Source: an uncultured Candidatus Rokubacteria bacterium (GTDB taxonomy: Bacteria > Methylomirabilota > Methylomirabilia > Rokubacteriales > DASRDR01). Taken from it: a DNA stretch of 64,000 bases. The position numbers and the translations under genes were made by a program. Below are positions 28,816 through 40,532 of this stretch, in pieces (the stretch's first letter is position 1; every line of letters begins with the position of its first letter). The stretch covers positions 480,001 through 544,000 of the forward strand of contig CAWGVS010000006.1 in the NCBI GenBank assembly GCA_963826115.1, read 5' to 3'. The notes below the pieces were generated by a model. That model saw only the letters and a list, made by a program, of their open reading frames with translations. It ran no database searches and was not told the DNA's origin.

Positions 28816-31059
28816 ATGATCGACGCGATCCGCGCCCTCTACGCCTCGATGCCGGAGCGCCTCACCCGGGCCCGCCGCGAGTGGAACCGGCCGCTCACCC
28901 TCAGCGAGAAGATCCTGGTGGGCCACGTCCACGACTGGAGCGCCCAGACCTGGGAGCGGGGCAAGGCCACGCTCCGGCTCCGGGTCGATCGGGTTGCGAT
29001 GCAGGACGCGACGGGGCAGATGGCCCTCCTCCAGTTCATGCAGGCGGGCAAGGCTCGGGTCGCGGTGCCCTCCACGATGCACTGCGACCATCTGATCCGC
29101 GCCCAGACGGGCGCCTCCGACGACATGCGCCGCGCCGTCACGGAGAACAACGAGGTCTACGAGTTCCTCCACTCGGCCTCGAAGAAGTACGGCATCGGGT
29201 TCTGGAAGCCGGGGGCGGGGATCATCCACCAGGTGGTCCTCGAGAACTACGCGTTCCCGGGCGGTCTCATGATCGGCGCCGACTCGCACACGCCGAACGG
29301 CGGGGGTCTCGGCATGCTGGCCATCGGGGTCGGCGGCGTGGACTGCGGCGAGGTCATGGCGGGCCTCCCGTGGGAGGTGCTCCACCCGAAGGTCATCGGC
29401 GTGCACCTCACCGGCAAGCTGTCGGGATGGACCTCGCCGAAGGACGTCATCACCTCCCTCTGCGGCATCCTCACCGTGAAGGGCGGGACGAACAAGATCG
29501 TCGAGTACTTCGGCCCGGGCGCCGAGTCCATCAGCGCGACGGGCAAGGGCACGATCTGCAACATGGGGGCGGAGCTCGGCGCCACCACGTCGGTCTTCCC
29601 CTTCGACGAGCGGATGGCCGTGTACCTCGAGGCGACGGACCGGAGCGACATCGCCCGCCTCGCCGCCGACCACCGCGCGCTCCTGGTGCCCGATCCGGAG
29701 GTTCTCCGCAACCCGAAGGACTACTACGACGAGATCGTCGAGATCGACCTCTCGACGCTCCAGCCCCACATCGTGGGCCCCCACTCGCCGGACCGCGACC
29801 GGCCGGTGTCGAATCTCGCCGCCGAGGTCAAGGCCAACAACTGGCCGGCCGGCATCAAGGCCGCCCTGATCGGCTCGTGCACCAACTCCTCGTACGAGGA
29901 CATGCGGCGCGCCGCGCACGTCGCGATGCAGGGGATCAAGGCCGGCCTCAAGGCGCGGACGCCGTTCCTCATCACGCCGGGGTCCGAGCGCATCCACCAG
30001 ACGATCAAGCGCGACGGGATCATGGCCACCTTCGAGCGGATGGGCGGGACCGTCCTGGCGAACGCGTGCGGCCCCTGCATCGGCCAGTGGAAGCGGTCCG
30101 ACGTCGGCAAGGACGAGGCGAACACCATCGTCTCCTCCTTCAACCGCAACTTCCCCGGGCGGAACGACGGCAGCCAGGCGACGCTCTCGTTCCTCGCGAG
30201 CCCGGAGATCGTGACCGCGCTGGCGTTCGCCGGCACCCTCGAGTTCGACCCGGTCCACGGGACCCTCACGACGCCCGACGGGAAGGCCTTCCGCTTCACC
30301 CCGCCGGAAGGCGAGGAGCTCCCGCGGGAGGGCTTCGCCCGGGGCGAGGAGGGCTACGAGGCGCCCGCGGCGGACGGTGGGGCCGTGCAGGTGATCGTGC
30401 GGCCGGACAGCGAGCGGCTCCAGCTCCTCCAGCCCTTCCCGCGGTGGGACGGCCAGGACTTCGACCGCCTGCCGATCCTCGTCAAGACGAAGGGCAAGAC
30501 CACGACCGACCACATCTCCCCGGCGGGCGCGTGGCTCCGCTTCCGGGGCCACCTCGACAGGATCAGCGACAACATGTTCCTGGGCGCGCTGAATGCCTTC
30601 ACCGGGGAGACCGGGAAGGGCACGAACGTGCTGACCGGCGAGACCGGCGTGACGCTCACGAAGATCGCGCGGGACTGGAAGGCCAAGGGCGCCCCGTGGG
30701 TCGTGGTCGGCGACGAGAACTACGGCGAGGGATCGAGCCGGGAGCACGCGGCCATGTCGCCTCGCTACCTCGGGGCGCGGATGGTGCTGGTCAAGAGCTT
30801 CGCCCGCATCCACGAGACGAACCTGAAGAAGCAGGGGATCCTGCCCCTGACGTTCGCGAACCCCAAGGACTACGACCTGTTCGAGCAGGCGGACCGCGTG
30901 AGCGTGGTGGGCCTCCAGGCCCTCGCGCCAGGCCGGCCCGTCGAGGTCCGGATCCACAAGCCGGACAGCCGGACCGTCACGATCCAGACCCGCCACAGCC
31001 TGACCGAGGAGCACATCGGCTGGTTCCGCGCCGGATCGGCGCTGAACGCGCTCTCGTAG
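28816..31059 (+). CDS. acn: aconitate hydratase (mitochondrial-like type)
   Basis: RPLTLSEKIL, DRVAMQDATGQMA, HCDH, DSHT, IGSCTNSSYED, NACGPCIG, TTDHISPAG, NYGEGSSREHAA. Confidence 0.95.
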   Translation: MIDAIRALYASMPERLTRARREWNRPLTLSEKILVGHVHDWSAQTWERGKATLRLRVDRVAMQDATGQMALLQFMQAGKARVAVPSTMHCDHLIRAQTGASDDMRRAVTENNEVYEFLHSASKKYGIGFWKPGAGIIHQVVLENYAFPGGLMIGADSHTPNGGGLGMLAIGVGGVDCGEVMAGLPWEVLHPKVIGVHLTGKLSGWTSPKDVITSLCGILTVKGGTNKIVEYFGPGAESISATGKGTICNMGAELGATTSVFPFDERMAVYLEATDRSDIARLAADHRALLVPDPEVLRNPKDYYDEIVEIDLSTLQPHIVGPHSPDRDRPVSNLAAEVKANNWPAGIKAALIGSCTNSSYEDMRRAAHVAMQGIKAGLKARTPFLITPGSERIHQTIKRDGIMATFERMGGTVLANACGPCIGQWKRSDVGKDEANTIVSSFNRNFPGRNDGSQATLSFLASPEIVTALAFAGTLEFDPVHGTLTTPDGKAFRFTPPEGEELPREGFARGEEGYEAPAADGGAVQVIVRPDSERLQLLQPFPRWDGQDFDRLPILVKTKGKTTTDHISPAGAWLRFRGHLDRISDNMFLGALNAFTGETGKGTNVLTGETGVTLTKIARDWKAKGAPWVVVGDENYGEGSSREHAAMSPRYLGARMVLVKSFARIHETNLKKQGILPLTFANPKDYDLFEQADRVSVVGLQALAPGRPVEVRIHKPDSRTVTIQTRHSLTEEHIGWFRAGSALNALS

Positions 31060-31119
31060 GCTCGTCGGGGCGGCCCCTACCCGGACGGTGCGGGCAGCCC
31101 CGTGCCCTGAGGAGGCAGC

Positions 31120-33373
<2,254 letters not shown>

Positions 33374-33383
33374 GAGGCGCGCC

Positions 33384-34235
33384 GTGGCGGCATCCGGTCA
33401 TCAGGCGCAGTCGGCGGCCGTGGAGGCCGCGGGGATCACCGCCCGTCGCCTCCCGGCGGGGCGGGGGATCCGCATCGAGGGCCCGACCCGGTGGGACCAG
33501 TGGTGGATCGAGCCGGCGCTGGTCGTGCTGGTCCTCGGAGCCTTCATCGTGTACTCGACGTGGGCCGCCTTCCAGAACGCCCACTACTACGCGGCGCCGT
33601 ACCTGTCGCCCTTCTACTCGCCGTGCCTCTCGACGGACTGCCAGCACGTCACCGTGCCGCTCTTCGGCAAGCTGCCGGCGCTCCCGATCATCGGCGTCGT
33701 GTCCCCGGCGTTCCTGATCCTGTGGGGACCGGGCCTGTTCCGCCTGACCTGCTACTACTACCGCAAGGCCTACTACCGCTCCTTCTGGGCCGCGCCGCCG
33801 GCGTGCGCGGTGGGCGACATCCGCCCGACCTACACGGGGGAGACCCGCTTCCCGCTGATCTTCCAGAACCTCCACCGCTACATGTTCTACGTGGCGGTGC
33901 TGTTCATCGTGGTGCTCGCCTACGACGCGCTCCTCGCGTTCCGGTTCCCGGGCGGGCGGTTCGGGATCGGCGTCGGCACCCTCGTGATGTGCCTGAACGT
34001 CGTCTTCCTCGCCGGCTACACCTTCTCGTGCCACAGCTGCCGGCACCTGTGCGGCGGCGCGGTGAACCAGTTCTCGAAGGCGCCGACCCGCTATGCCCTG
34101 TGGAAGTACGTCACCCGGCTGAACGAGCGACACCCGACCTTCGCGTGGCTGTCACTGTTCAGCGTCGGGCTGACGGACCTCTACATCCGGCTGGTGTCGA
34201 TGGGGGTCATCCGGGACCTCCGCATCGTCTTCTGA
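33384..34235 (+). CDS. succinate dehydrogenase membrane anchor, actinobacterial Sdh1 (type F)-like
   Basis: YLSPFYSPC, FRLTCYYYRKAYYRSF, QNLHRY, SCHSCRHLCGG, LN..H..FAW; sits directly before sdhA/sdhB. Confidence 0.8.
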   Translation: MAASGHQAQSAAVEAAGITARRLPAGRGIRIEGPTRWDQWWIEPALVVLVLGAFIVYSTWAAFQNAHYYAAPYLSPFYSPCLSTDCQHVTVPLFGKLPALPIIGVVSPAFLILWGPGLFRLTCYYYRKAYYRSFWAAPPACAVGDIRPTYTGETRFPLIFQNLHRYMFYVAVLFIVVLAYDALLAFRFPGGRFGIGVGTLVMCLNVVFLAGYTFSCHSCRHLCGGAVNQFSKAPTRYALWKYVTRLNERHPTFAWLSLFSVGLTDLYIRLVSMGVIRDLRIVF

Positions 34236-34290
34236 CAGGGGCCACAGGCCGAAGGCCGTCCAATCAACAGTCAGGAGTGAGGGGAGCCCA

Positions 34291-36099
34291 GTGAGCGCGC
34301 TGACGCAGCACGAGGTCCACGAGTACGACGTCGTCGTGATCGGCGCCGGCGGGGCCGGCCTCCGCGCCGCGATCGAGGCCGCCTCCCAGGGCGCGCGCGC
34401 CGCCATCGTCTGCAAGTCGCTGCTCGGGAAGGCGCACACGGTCATGGCCGAGGGCGGTATCGCCGCCGCGCTCCGCAACGTGTGGCCGGAGGACAGCTGG
34501 CAGGTCCACTTCCGGGACACCATGCGCGGCGGCAAGATGCTGAACCACTGGCGGATGGCGCAGCTCCACGCCCAGGAGGCGCCGGACCGCGTCCTCGAGC
34601 TCGAGCGCTGGGGCGCCCTGTTCGATCGGACCAAGGACGGCCGGATCCTCCAGCGGGACTTCGGCGGCCACCGCTACGCGCGGCTCGCGCACGTCGGGGA
34701 CCGGACCGGCCTCGAGATGATCCGGACGCTCCAGCAGCACGCCGTGCACCTCGGCATCGACGTGTTCATGGAGTGCACCGTCAACCGGCTCCTCAAGGAC
34801 GGCGAGCGCGTGACGGGGGCGGTCGCGTACTGGCGCCAGAGCGGGAAGTTCATCGTGTTCAAGGCGCCGGCGGTCGTGCTCGCCACCGGAGGCATCGGCA
34901 AGTCGTACTCGATCACGTCGAACTCCTGGGAGTACACCGGGGACGGCCACGCGATGGCGCTCCACGCGGGCGCCGACCTCATCGACATGGAGTTCGTCCA
35001 GTTCCACCCGACCGGCATGGTCTGGCCCAAGAGCGTGGCCGGGATCCTGGTCACGGAGGGCGTCCGGGGCGACGGCGGGACGCTCCGGAACAGCAAGGGC
35101 GAGCGCTTCATGTTCCGCTACATCCCGGACTTCTTCAAGGCGGAGACGGCGGACAACGAGGCCGAGGCCGACCGGTGGTACGAGGACAAGAAGAACAACC
35201 GGCGGACCCCGGACCTCCTCCCGCGCGACGAGGTGGCCCGCGCCATCAACGCCGAGGTCAAGGCGGGCCGCGGCAGCCCCCGCGGCGGCGTCTTCCTCGA
35301 CATCTCCACGCGCCGCTCGCCCGACTACATCCGGCGCCGCCTGCCCTCGATGTACCACCAGTTCAAGGAGCTGGCGGGCGTCGACATCACGAAGGAGCCG
35401 ATGGAGGTCGGTCCGACCTGCCACTACGTGATGGGCGGCGTCCGCGTCGATCCCGACACGACGGCGGCGGTCGGGCTTTCGGGGCTCTTCGCGGCCGGCG
35501 AGGTTGCCGGCGGCATGCACGGCTCGAACCGGCTGGGCGGGAACTCGCTCTCGGACCTGCTCGTCTTCGGCCGGCGGGCCGGCCACTACGCCGCCGAGCA
35601 CGCGCGGGCCGCCAAGGGGACGCTGGCCCTCGATGGCCGCCAGGTCGAGGCCGCGGTGCGGGACGTGATGGCGCCCGTCGAGCGGACGGGCGGCGAGAAC
35701 CCCTACGAGATCCAGAAGGACCTTCAGGAGCTCATGCAGCGCCTGGTCGGCATCATCCGGACCGAGTCGGAGCTGAAGGAGGCGGTGGTGCAGATCGGTC
35801 GCCTCGAGGAGCGCGCGGCGCGGGTCGGCGTGCACGGCAGCCTCACCTACAATCCCGGCTGGCACCTGGCCCTCGATCTCCAGCACCTCCTCGCGGTCTC
35901 CGGCGCCATCGCGCTGGCCGCGCTCGAGCGGAAGGAGAGCCGTGGCGGCCACACGCGCGACGACTACCCGGGCCCGGATCCCCACTTCGGCAAGGTCAAC
36001 GTGGTCGTGCGGATGCGGGACGGGCAGCTCCAGGTGACCCAGGAGCCGCTTCCCGGGATGCCCTCCGAGCTCGCCACGCTGTTCGAGGAGAAGAAATGA
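34291..36099 (+). CDS. sdhA: succinate dehydrogenase/fumarate reductase flavoprotein
   Basis: GAGGAG, AHTVMAEGG, QFHPTG, TEGVRG, HYVMGG, HGSNRLGGNSL, ESRGGH. Confidence 0.95.
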   Translation: MSALTQHEVHEYDVVVIGAGGAGLRAAIEAASQGARAAIVCKSLLGKAHTVMAEGGIAAALRNVWPEDSWQVHFRDTMRGGKMLNHWRMAQLHAQEAPDRVLELERWGALFDRTKDGRILQRDFGGHRYARLAHVGDRTGLEMIRTLQQHAVHLGIDVFMECTVNRLLKDGERVTGAVAYWRQSGKFIVFKAPAVVLATGGIGKSYSITSNSWEYTGDGHAMALHAGADLIDMEFVQFHPTGMVWPKSVAGILVTEGVRGDGGTLRNSKGERFMFRYIPDFFKAETADNEAEADRWYEDKKNNRRTPDLLPRDEVARAINAEVKAGRGSPRGGVFLDISTRRSPDYIRRRLPSMYHQFKELAGVDITKEPMEVGPTCHYVMGGVRVDPDTTAAVGLSGLFAAGEVAGGMHGSNRLGGNSLSDLLVFGRRAGHYAAEHARAAKGTLALDGRQVEAAVRDVMAPVERTGGENPYEIQKDLQELMQRLVGIIRTESELKEAVVQIGRLEERAARVGVHGSLTYNPGWHLALDLQHLLAVSGAIALAALERKESRGGHTRDDYPGPDPHFGKVNVVVRMRDGQLQVTQEPLPGMPSELATLFEEKK

Positions 36100-36860
36100 C
36101 GACGGCCGCGCGCCCCACGCGAGAGGTCTCGATGCACGTCTTCCGCGGCGACGCGGAGGGCGGGGAGTTCCGCGAGTACCGGGTCCCGGTCGAGGAGGGC
36201 CTGGTCGTCCTCGACGTCATCCACCGCATCCAGGGCACCCAGGCCAACGACCTGGCCGTCCGCTGGAACTGCAAGGCCGGCAAGTGCGGGTCCTGCAGCG
36301 CCGAGGTGAACGGCAAGCCGCGGCTCATGTGCATGACCCGGATGGAGATCTTCCCGGAGGGGGAGCCCATCACGGTGGCGCCGCTCAAGACGTTCCCGCT
36401 GGTCAAGGACCTGGTCACCGACGTGTCGTTCAACTACGAGGCGGCGAAGCAGATCCCGGCGTTCCGGCCGCGGCCGCCCGAGGCGGACGGCACCTACCGG
36501 ATGATGCAGGAGGACATCGACCGCGGGCAGGAGTTCCGGAAGTGCATCGAGTGCTTCCTCTGCCAGAACGTTTGCCACGTGATCCGGGACCACGAGGAGA
36601 ACAAGCCGCAGTTCTTCGGGCCTCGCTTCTTCGTGCGCCTGGCCGAGCTCGACATGCACCCGCTCGACACGGTCGACCGCCGGGAGCTCGTCCGGGCGCG
36701 CGGGGGCATCGGCCTCTGCAACATCACGAAGTGCTGCACCGAGGTCTGCCCCGAGCACATCAAGATCACGGACAACGCGATCATTCCGCTGAAGGAGCGC
36801 GTGGTCGACGACCACTACGACCCCGTGATGTGGGTCCTCCGGAAACTGGGCGGCAAGTAG
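36096..36860 (+). CDS. sdhB: succinate dehydrogenase iron-sulfur subunit
   Basis: CKAGKCGSC, CIECFLCQNVC, CNITKCCTEVCP; ATG overlaps the sdhA stop. Confidence 0.94.
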   Translation: MTTAARPTREVSMHVFRGDAEGGEFREYRVPVEEGLVVLDVIHRIQGTQANDLAVRWNCKAGKCGSCSAEVNGKPRLMCMTRMEIFPEGEPITVAPLKTFPLVKDLVTDVSFNYEAAKQIPAFRPRPPEADGTYRMMQEDIDRGQEFRKCIECFLCQNVCHVIRDHEENKPQFFGPRFFVRLAELDMHPLDTVDRRELVRARGGIGLCNITKCCTEVCPEHIKITDNAIIPLKERVVDDHYDPVMWVLRKLGGK

Positions 36861-36900
36861 GCCCCCGGCGCTCGCGGGTCACCGCGCCCCGACCCCCCTC

Positions 36901-38070
36901 ATGAAGATCCACGAGTACCAGGCGAAGGACATCCTCCGGGAGTTCGGCGTGCCCGTGCCGCGCGGCGAGGTCGCCGCCACCGCGGCCGAGGCCCGCGCGA
37001 TTGCCGAGCGCCTGGGCGGCCGCGTCGTCGTGAAGGCCCAGGTCCACGCGGGCGGTCGGGGAAAGGCCGGCGGCGTGAAGGTCGCCGACGACCCGACGGG
37101 CGCCGAGGCGGCCGCCCGGCAGATCCTCGGGATGCGGCTCCGCACGCCCCAGACGCCGCCCGAGGGCATCACCGTCCTGAAGGTCCTGGTGGAGGAAGCC
37201 TCCGCGATCGCGCAGGAGCTGTACCTGGCCGTCACGCTCGACCGGGGCCGAGGCGGCCACGTGGTCATGGCGAGCCAGGCCGGCGGCATGGACATCGAGG
37301 AGGTCGCGGCCTCTCATCCCGAGCGGATCGTCCGCGAGTGGGCGGATCCCGCGCTCGGGCTCCAGGGGTTCCAGGCGCGCGCGCTCGCCTTCGGTCTCGG
37401 CCTGTCCGGGGACCAACTCAAAGCGGGCGTGGGCCTGATCCAGGGGCTCTTCCGCGCATACCTCGCCAAGGACTGCTCGCTCGCCGAGATCAACCCGCTG
37501 GTCGTCACGCGCGACGGCCGGGTGCTCGCCCTCGACGCCAAGCTCAATTTCGACGACAACGCGCTCTTCCGGCACCCGGAGGTGGCGGCCCTCCGCGACG
37601 CCAACGAGGAGGATCCGCTCGACGTCGAGGCCTCGAAGCACGGGCTCAACTACATCAAGCTCGACGGCAACGTCGGCTGCATGGTCAACGGGGCCGGGCT
37701 CGCGATGGCGACAATGGACATCGTGAAGCTGGCCGGCGGGGCGCCCGCGAACTTCCTCGACGTCGGGGGCGGAGCGTCGCCCGAGCAGATCGAGAGCGCG
37801 TTCCGGATCCTATCCTCGGATGGGAGCGTCAAGGCGGTGTTCATCAACGTGTTCGGCGGGATCCTCCGCTGCGACCGCCTGGCCGCGGGGCTGATCGCCG
37901 CCGTGCAGAAGCTCGGGGTCCGGATGCCCATCGTCGTCCGCATGGAAGGCACCAACGTCGAGCTCGGCCGGAAGATGCTCGCCGAGTCCGGCCTCAACTT
38001 CACGACGGCGGCCGACATGGGCGACGGCGCCGACAAGGCCGTCGCCCTCGCCGCCGGGCCCCGCCCATGA
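36901..38070 (+). CDS. sucC: succinyl-CoA synthetase beta subunit
   Basis: MKIHEYQAK, KAQVHAGGRGKAGGV, EINPL, NGAGLAMAT, NFLDVGG. Confidence 0.97.
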   Translation: MKIHEYQAKDILREFGVPVPRGEVAATAAEARAIAERLGGRVVVKAQVHAGGRGKAGGVKVADDPTGAEAAARQILGMRLRTPQTPPEGITVLKVLVEEASAIAQELYLAVTLDRGRGGHVVMASQAGGMDIEEVAASHPERIVREWADPALGLQGFQARALAFGLGLSGDQLKAGVGLIQGLFRAYLAKDCSLAEINPLVVTRDGRVLALDAKLNFDDNALFRHPEVAALRDANEEDPLDVEASKHGLNYIKLDGNVGCMVNGAGLAMATMDIVKLAGGAPANFLDVGGGASPEQIESAFRILSSDGSVKAVFINVFGGILRCDRLAAGLIAAVQKLGVRMPIVVRMEGTNVELGRKMLAESGLNFTTAADMGDGADKAVALAAGPRP

Positions 38071-38168
38071 ATCAAAATCGGGGTCAGGCCTTATTTTGAT
38101 TTCGGCTGGCTCGGCCGACGCTCTGCCTCGGAAAGCGTCAAAGTTAGGGCCTGACCCCGGAGTTTGAT
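38071..38168. repeat. about 100-bp REP/REPIN- or MITE-like inverted-repeat element
   Basis: CGGGGTCAGGCC (38079-38090) and GGCCTGACCCCG (38148-38159) form a perfect 12-bp IR inside about 30-bp imperfect, AT-richer arms. Confidence 0.7.
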
Positions 38169-38174
38169 GAGCGC

Positions 38175-39053
38175 ATGAGCGTGCTGGTGGGGCGGGAGAC
38201 GCGGGTGGTGGTCCAGGGGATCACCGGCAAGGAGGGCACGTTCCACGCGCTCCGCTGCAAGGAGTACGGCACGCAGGTCGTGGGCGGCGTGACGCCGGGG
38301 AAGGGCGGCACGGTCCACGAGGGGTTTCCGGTGTGGAACACCGTCGCGGACGCCGTGCGGGAGGCGGGCGCCGACTGCGCCCTGATCTTCGTGCCGCCCC
38401 CGGCCGCCGCCGACGCGATCATGGAGGCGACCGCGGCCGGCGTGCCCCTGGTCGTGTGCATCACCGAGGGCATCCCGGTGGGCGACATGGTCCGGGTGAA
38501 GGCGTTCCTGGCCGGCCGCCCGACGCGGCTCCTCGGCCCGAACTGCCCGGGCCTGATCACCCCCGGCCAGGCCAAGATCGGCATCATGCCGGGCCACATC
38601 CACAAGGAGGGCGGGGTCGGCGTGGTGTCGCGGAGCGGCACGCTGACCTACGAGGTCGTTCACCAGCTGACCCAGCGCGGCCTCGGCCAGTCCACGTGCG
38701 TCGGGATCGGCGGCGACCCCGTGAACGGCACGAGCTTCGTCGACGTGCTCCGTCTCTTCCAGGACGATCCCGGGACCGAGGCCATCATGCTGATCGGCGA
38801 GATCGGGGGCACCGCGGAGGAAGAGGCGGCGGCCTTCGTCCGGGCCCACGTCCGGAAGCCCGTCGTCGGCTTCATCTGTGGCCAGACCGCGCCCCCGGGG
38901 CGCCGGATGGGCCACGCCGGCGCCATCATTTCCGGTGGCAAGGGCACCGCCGCCGAGAAGATGCGCGCGATGGAAGCGGCCGGCATCACGACCGTGAAGA
39001 GCCCCGCCGACATGGGCGCCACCGTCGCCCGCGTGCTCGGGCGCGGGCGCTGA
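38175..39053 (+). CDS. sucD: succinyl-CoA synthetase alpha subunit
   Basis: [36 protein letters not shown] phospho-His motif. Confidence 0.97.
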   Translation: MSVLVGRETRVVVQGITGKEGTFHALRCKEYGTQVVGGVTPGKGGTVHEGFPVWNTVADAVREAGADCALIFVPPPAAADAIMEATAAGVPLVVCITEGIPVGDMVRVKAFLAGRPTRLLGPNCPGLITPGQAKIGIMPGHIHKEGGVGVVSRSGTLTYEVVHQLTQRGLGQSTCVGIGGDPVNGTSFVDVLRLFQDDPGTEAIMLIGEIGGTAEEEAAAFVRAHVRKPVVGFICGQTAPPGRRMGHAGAIISGGKGTAAEKMRAMEAAGITTVKSPADMGATVARVLGRGR

Positions 39054-39081
39054 ACCGCTAGCCCAGGGAGAGAGGCGACTG

Positions 39082-39507
39082 ATGGCGCTCGAGCGCACCC
39101 TCACCATCATCAAGCCGGACGCGGTCCAGAAGGGCGTCGCCGGCCGGGTGATCGCCAAGATCGAGGAGGCGGGCTTCCGGATCCTGGCCGCCAAGCTCGT
39201 CCACCTGACGCCGGCCCAGGCCGGGGGGTTCTACATCGTCCACAAGGACCGGCCCTTCTTCCGGAGCCTGGCCGACTTCATGACGTCCGGACCGTGCATT
39301 CCCATGGTCCTCGAGGCCGACCACGCCATCCAGCGCCTCCGGGACCTGATGGGCGCGACGGACCCGGCGAAGGCCGCGCCCGGCACGATCCGGCGCGAGT
39401 TCGCGTCCTCGATCGAGGCGAACGTCATCCACGGCTCGGACTCGCCGCAGTCGGCCGCGTTCGAGATCCCGTACTTCTTCCCGGCGCTGGAGATCCATGC
39501 GCGCTAG
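39082..39507 (+). CDS. ndk: nucleoside diphosphate kinase
   Basis: [30 protein letters not shown]. Confidence 0.97.
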   Translation: MALERTLTIIKPDAVQKGVAGRVIAKIEEAGFRILAAKLVHLTPAQAGGFYIVHKDRPFFRSLADFMTSGPCIPMVLEADHAIQRLRDLMGATDPAKAAPGTIRREFASSIEANVIHGSDSPQSAAFEIPYFFPALEIHAR

Positions 39508-40507
39508 CGGTCGGCGCGCCGGCCGGCTCGCCCTCGTCGCGGCCGTCGTGATCCTGCTGGCATGGATCCCGGGGCCGGCGGGGGCGCAGGGCAAGAAGGT
39601 CAAGGTCGGTGTCCTCAAGCTGAGCTCGTCGGCGCCGATCTTCCTGGGCGTGGAGCGGGGGACATTCCGGGAGTTCGGCATCGAGCCCGAGCTCGTCTAC
39701 TTCCAGGCCGCCCAGCCGGTGGCGGTGGCGATCGCGGCGGGCGAGATCGAGGTGGGGGCCACGGGCCTCACCGCGGGCCTCTACAACGTCGTCGCCGGCG
39801 GCGAGAAGCTCTGGGTCGTCGCCGACAAGGGCCGCGAGTGGCCCGGGTACCCGCTGACGGCTTTAGTGGTCCAGAAGGACGGGCCCGTTCGATCGGTCCG
39901 CGACCTCAAGGGCCGGAAGGTCGGCATCACCCAGCTCGGGTCGACGTTCCACTACATGCTGGGCAACCTCCTCGAGCAGGAGGGGCTCTCGCTCGGGGAC
40001 GTGGAGCCGGCTCCGCTCCGCACGCTCGGCGCGATGGCCGAGGCGCTCCAGGCGCGCCGGGTCGACGCGATCCTGATCCCGCAGCCGTTTGCCGGCACCG
40101 CGGTCGAGAGCGGCTCCGGGCGGATCCTGTTCTGGGTGGGGGACAAGCTGCCCTACCAGGTCGCGGCGATCTTCTACTCGAAGGCCTTCGCCCAGGACCG
40201 CGAGCGGGCCGTCGCGTTCATGAAGGGGTACGTGAAGGCGGCGCGCCTCTTCTACGACGCGACATCCTCGAAGAAGGGCGGCTGGGAGGAGGTCGTCCAG
40301 GTGACGGCCCGCTACACGGGCGCCACGCCCGAGGTCATCCGGGTCGGGTTCCCGTACCAGGACCGGGACGGCCGGCTGGACGTGGCCGACATCGGCCGCC
40401 AGCTCGCGTGGTACCACAAGGCCGGCATGGTCACCGCGCCGCTCCAGGCGGGCGATCTCGTGGACACGTCGTTCCTCGAGGAGGCCCTGCGCGCGCTCCC
40501 CCGCTGA
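39497..40507 (+). CDS. NitT/TauT (SsuA/NMT1-like) ABC substrate-binding protein
   Basis: Signal peptide, [23 protein letters not shown]; no cognate permease nearby. Confidence 0.82.
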   Translation: MRASGRRAGRLALVAAVVILLAWIPGPAGAQGKKVKVGVLKLSSSAPIFLGVERGTFREFGIEPELVYFQAAQPVAVAIAAGEIEVGATGLTAGLYNVVAGGEKLWVVADKGREWPGYPLTALVVQKDGPVRSVRDLKGRKVGITQLGSTFHYMLGNLLEQEGLSLGDVEPAPLRTLGAMAEALQARRVDAILIPQPFAGTAVESGSGRILFWVGDKLPYQVAAIFYSKAFAQDRERAVAFMKGYVKAARLFYDATSSKKGGWEEVVQVTARYTGATPEVIRVGFPYQDRDGRLDVADIGRQLAWYHKAGMVTAPLQAGDLVDTSFLEEALRALPR

Positions 40508-40532
40508 TCGCGGCCGGACGACGCGCAAGGCC

